From Prorocentrum cordatum (lineage: Eukaryota): a DNA stretch of 57,044 bases. The position numbers and the translations under genes were made by a program. Position 1 is the stretch's first letter, and every line of letters begins with the position of its first letter. The stretch is taken from assembly GCA_963575745.1 (NCBI GenBank), contig CAUYUJ010000050.1, positions 62,001 to 119,044 on the forward strand, read 5' to 3'. Shown here in pieces: positions 47,620-57,044 of the stretch. Below the pieces are notes generated by a model. It had not been told where the DNA came from. It did no database searches and saw nothing but the letters and a program-made list of their open reading frames with translations.

Positions 47620-49195
47620 CTCAACAGCGTCCGTCTCCAATACAACACCCAGTGCTCGACGGCTCCCGTCTCCAGCACAACACCCAGTACTCAACAGCAT
47701 CCCGCTGCAAGAGAGACTCCTTAGGAGTTCTGTTGTAATCCCAATCCGCGCGCCGCCCGCCCGCCCCCACGCCGCCCGCCCGCCGTGCTTCCGCGTTCAA
47801 CACAACATTCAGTACTCAACAGCCCCCGTCTTCAACACAAAATTGGGTACTCAACAGCCCCCGCCTCCAACGCAACACTCAGTATTCAGCAGTATTTAGC
47901 AGCATCCCGCTGAGTTTTATTCCCGATCGGCCCGCCCGCCCGCCGTGCTTCCGCATTCAACACAACGCCCCGTGCTCAACAACGTCCGTTTCCAACACAA
48001 CGTGGGGTATTCAACAGCTTCCATCTCAAATACAAGACCCAATATTCAACAGCATTCCGTTGCAAGAGAGAATCCTCCGGATTTTTATTATTGAAATCCC
48101 GATCCGCCTGCCCGCCGCCCGCCCGCCGCCCGTTCGTCGCCCGCCCCCCGCCGCCCGCCCGCCGTGCTTCCGCGTTCAAAAACACACCCAGTAGTCAACA
48201 GCGTCCGTCTCCAATACACCACCCAGTGCTCGACAGATCCCGTCTCCAACACAACACCCAGTATTCAACAGCATCCCGCTGCAAGAGAGACTCCTTAGGA
48301 GTTCTGTTGTAATCCCGATCCGCCCGCCGCCCGATCCGCCCGCCGCCCGCCCGCCCGCCGCCCGTCCGCCCCCCGCTGCCCGTTCGCCGTGTTTCCGCGT
48401 TCACCACAACAACCAGTACTCAACAGCGTCCGTCTCCAACACAACATTCAGTACTCAACAGCCCCCGTCTCCAACACAACACCCAGTACTCAACAACATG
48501 CCGCTGCAAGAGGGAATCCTTATGATTTTTGTTCAAATCCCGATCCGCCCGCCGCCCGCCGCCCGCCCACCGCTGCCTGTTCGCAGTGTTTCTGCGTTCA
48601 ACACAACACCCAATACTCAACAGCGTCCGTCTCCAACACAACACCCAGTACTCAATAGCCCCCGTCTCCAACGCAACACCCAGTACTCAACAGCATCCCG
48701 CGGCAAAAGAGACTCCTTAGGAGTTCTGTTCGAATGCGATCCGCCCGCCGCCCTCCCGCCCGCCGCCCTCTCCCCGCCGCCCGCCCGCCGTGCTTCCGCA
48801 TTCAACACAACGCCCCGTGCTGAACAACGTCCGTCTCCAACACAACGTGGGGTATTCAACAGCCCCCGTCTCCAACACAACACCCAATATTCAACAGCAT
48901 CCCGCTGCAAGAGAGAATCCTTAGGAGTTTTATTGAAATCCCGATCAGCCCGCCCGCCGCCCGCCCGCCGCCCGCCCGCCGCCCACCCCACGCCGCCTGC
49001 CCACCGTGCTTCCGTGTTCAACACAACATCCAGTAACTACTCAACAACTCCCGTCTCCAACACAAAACCCAGTACTCAACAGCTCCAGTCTCCAACATAA
49101 CACCCAGTACTCAACAGCATCCCGCCGCCCGCCGCCCGTCCGCTGCCCGCACCCCGCCGCCCGCCTGCCGTGCTTCCGCGTTCAATTCAACACCC
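47620..49195. repeat. Higher-order satellite: ~3x35-bp subunits + gcaagagagactccttaggagt block + (GCCC)n, ~200-bp period
   Basis: aacacaacacccagtactcaacagcgtccgtctcc subunits; about 7 higher-order copies. Confidence 0.9.
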
Positions 49196-49359
49196 GAAAA
49201 AATATAGAAACAACACCGGAATTGTTTTTGTTTCCGGGGGGGTCCCGTTGCGGCTTCTGTTTTTTCCCAACCATCTTGTGGTGTTGGGTCCTCGTTTTGA
49301 AGAGACGGTGCCCCGCGTTCTCCTTCCTTCCTCCCGCTGCCTCCTCCCCCCTCCCATCA

Positions 49360-51565
49360 TCATGGCCCCACAAGGAGCTCCACCGAAGGCCCCAGTGCCG
49401 CTGCCCGCATGCGTCCCCCACACCCATTTCGGCACACCCCTCACACGCTTCGTTGCCCCACAGGGAGCTCCACCGAAGGCCCCAGTGGCCGCGGCCGCAT
49501 GCGTCACCCACACACATTAGAAACCATTTTCGCACACCTCTTCACACGCTTCGTGGCCCCATAGGAGCCCACCGAAGGCCCCAGTGCCCGCGGCCGCATG
49601 CGTCACCCCACAACCATTTCCGGCACACCCTCCACACTTTTCGTTGGCTCCATATGGGCTCCTACGAGGCCCATTTCCCGCGGCCGGGGGGGGGGAAATT
49701 CCGTCCACCCTCACCCATTTCGGCACACCCCCTCACAACGTTTCGTGGCTCCATAGGAGCTCCGACGAGGCCCCAGTCCCGCAAGCCCGCATGCGTCGGT
49801 TCCACCCCCCATTCTGGCACACCCCTCACACGTTTCGTGGCCCCATAGGGAGCTCCACCGAAGGCCCAGTGGCTGCGCCCAGCCCATGCGTCCACCCGAC
49901 CCTTTTCGGACAAATAAACTCCCGTACACACCTTCGGTGGCTCCATAGGGAGCTCCACCGAAGGCCCAGTGCCCGCGCCCCGCCATTGCGGTCCACCCAC
50001 ACCCCGTTTCCGCACACCCCTCACACGTTTCGTGGCTCCATAGGGCCTTAGGGAGTTCCGCCGAAGGCCCCAGTGCCCGCGCCCGCATGCGTCACCCACA
50101 CCCATTTCGGCACACCCCTCACACGTTTCGTGGCTCCATAAAGAGCTCCTCCGAAGGCCCCAGTGCCCGCGGCCGCATGCGTCACCCACACCCAGTTCGG
50201 CACACCCCTCACACGTTTCGTGGCTCCATAGGGAACTCCACCGAAGGCCCCAGTGCTGCCGCCCGCATGCGTCACCCACATCCAATTCGGCACACCCCTC
50301 ACACGTTTCGTGGCCCCATAGGAGCTCCGCCGAAGGCCCCAGTGCTGCCGCCCGCATGCGTCACCCACACCCATTTCGGCACACCCCTCACACGTTTCGT
50401 GGCCCCATAGTAGAAGCTCCGCCGAAGGCCCCAGTGCCCGCGCCCACATGCGTCCCGCACACCCATTTCGGCACACCCCTCACACGTTTCGTGGCCCCAT
50501 AGGGAGCTCCACCGAAGGCCCCAGTGCCCGCGCCCGCATGCGTCACCCACACCCATTTCGGCACACCCCTCACGCGTTCCGTGGCTCCATAGGGAGCTCC
50601 ACCGAAGGCCCCAGTGCCCGCGCCCGCATGCGTCAGCCACGCCCATTTCGGCACACCCCTCACACGCTTCGTGGCTGCATAGGGAGCTCCACCGAAGGCC
50701 CCAGTTCCCGCGCCCGCATGCGTCAGCCACACCCATTTCGGCACACCCCTCACACGCTTCGTGGCTCCATAGGGAGCTCCACCGAAGGCCCCAGCGCCCG
50801 CGCCCGCATGCGTCGCCCACACACATTTCGGCACACCCCTCACACGATTCGTGGCTCCATAGGGAGCTCCACCGAAGGCCCCAGTGCCCGCGGCCGCATG
50901 CGTCCCCCACACCCATTTCGGCACACCCCTCACACGTTTCGTGGCTCCATAGGGAGCTCCACCGAAGGCCCCAGTGCCCGCGGCCGCATGCGTCCACCAC
51001 ACCCATTTCGGCACACCCCTCACACGTTTCGTGGCTCCATAGGGAGCTCCACCGAAGGCCCCAGTGCCCGCGGCCGCATGCGTCCCCCACACCCATTTCG
51101 GCACACCCCTTACACGTTTCGTGGCTCCATAGGGAGCTCCACCGAAGGGAAGCTCCACCGGAAGGCCCAGTGCCCGCGCCGCATGCGATCAGCCACACCC
51201 ATTCGGCACACCCCTCACACGTTTAAAAGGGGGCTCCATAGGGAGCTCCACCGCCGAAGGCCCCGTCAGTGCCCGCGTCCGCCATGCCTCCCTACAACAC
51301 ATTTCGGCACACCCCTCACGCGTTCCGTGGCCCCGTAGGGCTCTCCGCCGAAGGTCCCAGTGGGTGTCCCGCATGCGCCGCATGCTCCCGCACACCCGTA
51401 TTCTTATTCGGCTTCGTTCGACTTCGGCAACACCCCTCTCACACGTTTCGTGGCCCCATAGGGAGCTCCACCGAAGGCCCCAGTGCCCGCGCCCGCATGC
51501 GTCCCGCACACCCATTTCGGCACACCCCTCGTACGTTTCGTGGCCCCGTAGGGGGCTCCACCGAG
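49360..51565. repeat. 90-bp satellite, array 1
   Basis: acccatttcggcacacccctcacacgtttcgtggctccatagggagctccaccgaaggccccagtgcccgcgcccgcatgcgtcacccac; exact 90-bp period from 50461 to ~51140. Confidence 0.97.
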
Positions 51566-51904
51566 AAGATATTCACAACTGCAGTATTCACAATTGCATA
51601 TGGTTGGGTCCTTCGCCAGGGTAATTTTTTATTGTGGGGCCCCGGAACGCCGGAAAACAATCGAAACAACTTCCGGGTTGGGAGGGTGTTTGGGGGTTGT
51701 CCGGGAAGTCATCAGAAATTGTTTTGTGTTTATTTGTGGGCCCCCAGAACCTTCAGAAAATTACCATGGCGACGTACCCAACCCCTGCGCAACACGGGGC
51801 ATGAGTAGCTTGGGATACGTTATACGGAGGTGATGGCGTGACATGGGCGCATATACTTCTGCAAGCGGCATTCGTGAGGCTCGCAACCCCCCAGGGATTG
51901 TGAT

Positions 51905-52172
51905 GTCCCGCTCAGATCTGCTTGGTGCCTCGCTCCGCTGGACCCACCAGCAGCCCTCGAAAGTGGCGACAATTTCGCAGATCGCGACCCCCCAAAGACG
52001 GCGAGGTCCCGCTCAGATCCGCGCGGTGCCCCACTCCGCAGGAACCACCAGCAGCCCTCGAAAGTGGCGACAATTTCGCAGATCGCAGCCCCCCAGGGAC
52101 GGCGAGGTCCCGCTCAGGCCCGCGCGGTGCCTCATTCCGCAGGAACCACCAGCAGCCCTCGAAAATGGCGAC
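51905..52172. repeat. ~100-bp tandem repeat, ~2.7 copies
   Basis: gtcccgctcag...ccaccagcagccctcgaaa(g/a)tggcgac three times. Confidence 0.85.
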
Positions 52173-52317
52173 GTGTCGCGTAAACACGAAAAACTTGCGA
52201 ATTGGGAGTTTTTTTGTTTCCCAACCATCCTGTGGTGTTGGGTCCTCGTTTTGAAGAGACGGTGCCCCGCGTTCCCGCCTCCTTCCTCCCTCCCTCCTCC
52301 CCCCTCCTCCCCCTCCC

Positions 52318-53712
52318 ACGCCCATTCTGGCACACCCCTCACACGTTTCGTGGCCCCATAGGGAGCTCCACCGAAGGCCCCAGTGGCTGCGCCCGCATGC
52401 GGTTCCACCCCCCAATTCTGGCACACCCCTCACACGTTTCGTGGCCCCATAGGGAGCTCCACCGAAGGCCCCAGTGGCTGGCGCTCGGCTGCGGTTTCCA
52501 CCCCCCTTTCGGCACAACCCCTCACATGGTCCCGGACACGCTTCGTGGCTCCATAGGGAGCTCACCGAAGCCCCCCAGTGGCTTCCGTTTTCGCATGCTG
52601 TTCCACGGTTCCACCCACCAATTTCGGCACACCCTTCACACGCTTCGTGGCCCCATAAGGGCTCCACCGAAAGCCCCAGTGGCTGCGTTCGCATGCGGTT
52701 CCACCCCCCATTCTGGCACACCCCTCACACGTTTCGTGGCCCCATAAGGAGCTCCACCGAAGGCCCAGTGGCTGCGTTCGCATGCGGTTCAACCCCCATT
52801 CAGGCACACCCTACACCACGTTTCGTGGCCCCATAGGGAGCTCCACCGAAGGCCCCCAGTGGCTGCGCATCGCATGCGCTCCACCCCCACATTTCGGGTT
52901 TCGGCACAGCCCTCACACGTTTCGTGCCCATAGGGCAGCTCCACCGAATGCCCAGTGGCTGCGTTCGCATGCGGTCCACACCCCCAATTTCGGCACACCC
53001 CTCACACGCTTCGTGGCCCCATAGGGAGCTCCACCGAAGCCCAGTGCTGCGTTCGCATGCGGTTCCACCCCCCCTTTCTGGAACACCTTAACACGTTTCG
53101 TATGGCCCCATTATAGGAGCTCCACCAAAGGCCCCAGTGGCTGCTCTCGCATGCGGTTCCACCCCCATTCTGGCACAACACCCTCACACGTTTCGTGGAC
53201 CCATAGGGATCTCCACCGAAGGCCCCAGTGGCTGCGTTCGCATGGCGGCGCCGCGCCCAATTTGGCACACCCCTCGCACGTTTCGTGGCCCCATAGGGAG
53301 CTCCACCGAAGGCCCCGATGGCTGCGTTCGCATGGCGGCGCCGCACCCCATGTGGCACACCCCTCACACGTTTCGTGGCCCCATAGGAGGGATCTCAACC
53401 GAAGGCCCCAGTGGCTGCGTTCGCATGGCGGTTCCGCACCCATTCTGGCACACCCCTCACACGCTTCGTGGCACCATAGGGAGCTCCACCGAAGGCACCA
53501 GTGGCTGCGTTGGCATGGCGGCGCCGCACCCAATTTGGCACACCCCTCACACGCTTCGTGGCCCCATAGGGAGCTCCACCGAAGGCCCCAGTGGCTGCGT
53601 TGGCATGGCGGCGCCGCACCCAATTTGGCACACCCCTTTCACGTTTCGTGGCCCCATAGGGAGCTCCACCGAAGGCCCCAGTGGCTGCGTTGGCATGGCG
53701 GCGCCGCGCCGA
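52318..53712. repeat. 90-bp satellite, array 2 (variant cagtggctgcgttcgcatg)
   Basis: Same core as array 1 with a different variable segment. Confidence 0.95.
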
Positions 53713-53789
53713 AGAAGATGTTCAATATTGCGGTACTCGCAGCTGCATATGGTTGGGTCCTCTGCCAGGCTAATTTCTTTTTGTTTTTG

Positions 53790-55227
53790 TTCCTCTTTTC
53801 TGGGGTTGCGTGGGAGGTTTTCAGAAATTGGTTTGTTTTTTCTTGTGGGGCCCCAGAACCGTTGAAACACCATCGAAAAAACATCCGAGTTGGGAGGTTT
53901 TTCGGGGGTGTCCCGGTTTTTTGTCAGACATAATAATGTTTGTAATTGTGAGGCCCCAGAACTTTCAAACAATCATCGAATTGAGAGCGTTTTGGGTGTA
54001 GTCCGGGGGTTTTCAGAAATACCATTGTTTCAAATTGTGGGGTCCCAAAGCTTCTGAAACAAAAAACACAAGAAGCACTCCTGAGTTGGAGGTTTCCTTA
54101 TGTTTTCCGAAGGGTTTTCAGACATGTTTTTTTGTCATGGGGGCCCAGAACTTGTGAAACAAACCATAGAAACCTCAGATTTGGGGTGTTCTTTTCTGAG
54201 GTTCCCCCTCCCGGAATTTGTTTCGAAACGCCCTCGAGTTGGGAGGTTTTTCGCGGTTCCCCCCTTCCAGGAAATTCCGGGAAAATTAGTAAAACACCGT
54301 CGGGTTTGTCAGTTTTTTGGAGGGTTGTCCCGGGGGGCGTCTTCAGAAATAATATAGTTTTTAATTGCGCCGAGAAGCCTCAGACAAAAATACTCGAGTT
54401 GGGAGGGTTTCCCCGGAGATTTTCAAACATTCTTTTGCTTTTCAGTGTGGGCCCCCGCGGGTTTCCCAGGGGGGGTCAGAATAGTTTTGTTTGCAACTGT
54501 GGGGCCCCAGAATTTTTGAAAAACCGTAGGACAGCCCCCCAGTTTTTTTTTTTTTGTTCCGGAGGTTTCCCCTCCCGGAAAAATCGCAGAGAAATTCTCG
54601 AAACACCCAGGAATAATATCAGAGTTGGGGTTCTTTGTTTGAGATTTCCTGGGGAGTTTTCTGAAATAGCATTGTTGATCATTGTAGGGCCCAGAACCCC
54701 CGAAAACCTTTCCGAAAAAACACCAGGTTGTTTTTTTTTTTCCGGGGGGTCCCGTCCAGAAAAACCACCGACAAATACCCGAAACACCATTGAACCACCA
54801 CCCGAAAAACCTCCGAGTTGGGAGGTTCCCCGGGAGTTCTCGGAAATAGTTATGTTTTCAATTGCGGGTCCCGGAACCCACGAAAACATACAGAAACAAA
54901 AACCCGAGTTGGGGGATTTTTCTGAGGACCCCCCTCTGGAAAAACTTGTTTTTTTTGTTTTGAGGTTCTTTAGAACAACCCTAACTGGGTTTTTTGTTCT
55001 GAGGTCCCACCCCCCGAAAACCAACGAAAAACCATTGAAAAACCTCCGAGTTGGGGGCTCCTGCGGGGGTTGCCTCGAATTGCGATTTGAAGGGGTTTGC
55101 CCGATCGCTCCCAGGACCCCCTCGAATAAAAACACTGTTTTTTTTGTTTTTGTTGTTGTTGCTGTTGTTGTTGTTGTTGTTGTTGTTGTGGTTGTTGTTG
55201 TTGTTGTTGCTGTTGTTCTTGTTATTC

Positions 55228-55259
<32 letters not shown>

Positions 55260-55420
55260 ATTGTTGTTGTTCTTATGGGTTTTCGGGGGGGTTTTGGGGG
55301 GTATTTTTTTGGGGAAGTGGTACTGTTTGGAAGTGTCGGGCCCCGGAAACCCAACCAACAAGAACCCAAGCTCCCCCCCCCCGGGATCGGGGGGGAAAGC
55401 CCACCGGAAAACCCGCCAAC
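53790..55420. repeat. Degenerate AT-richer repeat with ttgtggggccccagaa and ccgagttgggagg motifs; includes (GTT)n at ~55145-55272
   Basis: Motifs alternate about every 100-200 bp; the same motifs follow array 1 at ~51630-51750. Confidence 0.75.
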
Positions 55421-55479
55421 TCTGTTTTTTTTTCCTAAGGCTTCCTGGGGGGGGTCCAAGGAACTCTCACACTGGTCTC

Positions 55480-56212
55480 CCAATGGGGGCTCCACCTCCG
55501 TGGCGCAGCTCGCATGTGGGCGTCACGCCCGTTTCGGCACACCCCTCTCACGCTTCGTGGCCCCATATGGGGGCTCCACCGAGTGCCTTTGTGGCGCAGC
55601 TCGCATGTGGGCGTCACGTCCGTTTCGGCACACCCCTCACACGCTTCGTGACCCCATAAGGGGGCTCCACCGAGTGCCTCTGTGGCGCAGCTCGCATGTG
55701 GGCGTCATGCCCGTTTCGGCACACCCTTCACACTTTTCGTGGCCCCATAAAGGGGCTCCACCGAGTGCCTTTGTGGCGCAGGTCGCATGTGCGCGTCACG
55801 CTCATTTCGGCACACTCCTCACACGCTTCGTGGGCCCATATGGAGCTCCATCGAGTGCCCCCGTGGCGCAATTCGCATGTGGGCGTCACGCCCGTTTCGG
55901 CATATTCCTCGCACGTTTCGTGGCCCCATAAAGGAGGCTCCATCCAAGGCCTCCGTGGCGCAGTTCGCAAGCGGTTCCCCACTGAAGTCGGCACACCGCT
56001 CACACGTTTCGTGGCCCCATAGGGAGCTCCACCGAGTGCCTCCGTGGCGCAGCTCGCATGCTGTGCCCACTGATTTCGGCAAATCGCTCACACGCTTCGT
56101 GGCACCATAAAAGTGGGTTCCACCGAATGCCGCTGTGGCATAGTTCGCATACGGCTCCCGAGCCATGTCGGCACACCCCTCACACGTTTCGTGGCCTCAT
56201 GGGGAGATCCAT
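55480..56212. repeat. 90-bp satellite, array 3 (variant gagtgcct..gtggcgcagctcgcatgtgggcgtcac)
   Basis: Same core, third variable segment. Confidence 0.93.
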
Positions 56213-57044
56213 CAAAAGCGACAGCCACAACGCGGTACTCACAATTGCATCCGTTTGGGTCCCTCGTCCAGATAATGATCTGAGCTTGCGCTCGAGGAGC
56301 AGGAGGGACGACTGGAGAGGATGTAGGACGGTGGGCGCAGGGGTGGCAGGTGGAGGGAGAAGGGAGGGAGGGCGGAGAGAGGACGACCGCAGCAGGGAGG
56401 GAGGGGAGAGGGAGGGCGGAAGCAGGAGGAAGGGAGGAAGTAGGGAGGGAGGGAGAGTGCGAGGGAGAGGGAAAGAGAGAGAGAGAGAGAGAGCGACGGG
56501 CCGACAGAGCGGCAGGGTGAAAGAGCGACACGGCGGTACCGCCGAAGTGGGAGAGGGAAGGATTAGATATGAAGGATGCGCCAGATGGGCAGCAACATCA
56601 GCAGGAGCAGGTTAAGGATCATGTGGTGGATTCTGATCAGGAGCGAAGGAGGAAGACAATGACGAAGAGGAGGTGGATGATGAGCAGCAGCATGCTTGAT
56701 CAGCAGCTGGAACATGTGCAGCAGCGCAGACGGAGGAGGAACACGAGGAGGATGAGGATGGGGGGTGGAGAAGGAGCCAGAGACTATGATGCAATGCGGA
56801 GTGGAAGGAACGGTAGGGATGCGGAGAGGAGGAGAGAACGAGAGAAGAGGAGGGGAGGGGAGTAAGAGGAAGAGAGAGAGCAGACGGAACAACAGTAGTA
56901 TCTAAGAACTCAGCAGAAGGAGACGCGCAAGGCTGAGGAGAAGGATGCTGATGATGCTGATGATGATGATGATGAGGAGGAGGAGGAGGAGGAGCAGGAA
57001 CAGGAGGAGGAGGAGGTTGTGGAGGAGGAGGAGGAGGAGGAGGA

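Noticed and set aside
50299..51338. Long ORFs with 30-aa repeats (GATKRVRGVPKW etc.)
   Set aside because: A consequence of a 90-bp period that stays open in several frames on both strands.
54132..55931. 599-aa ORF
   Set aside because: Runs through degenerate repeats, (GTT)n and the 90-bp satellite; no protein-like signal.

Overview
Eukaryotic, GC-rich, repeat-saturated DNA. It is very probably from a dinoflagellate, because it carries an exact copy of the 22-nt dinoflagellate spliced leader (DinoSL); Prorocentrum-like origin is an inference from the (GGA)n tracts and PPR type. Nearly all ORF-track entries are artefacts of microsatellites and satellites. Real coding content: (1) an intact, intronless PPR gene (1629-2948, +) preceded by two degenerate DinoSL relics, i.e. 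a recycled-mRNA retrogene; (2) an apparently full-length ~5.8 kb non-LTR retrotransposon (29879-35655, -; ORF1 + APE endonuclease-RT-RNase H-Cys fingers, with frameshifts and stops) that begins exactly with a perfect DinoSL, lacks poly(A), and lies between two (GGA)n tracts; (3) two further LINE remnants; (4) a decayed PPR array. The standout signal is the SL-capped, GGA-embedded LINE, found with an SL-relic retrogene and a (CCT)n tract flanked by a TSD-like direct repeat. Together they suggest a trans-splicing-coupled retroposition system linked to the GGA microsatellites. The rest is MITE-like foldbacks, dispersed repeats and structured satellites (84-bp, 90-bp with conserved head and tail, and a 35-bp higher-order array). 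All alignments were done by eye.
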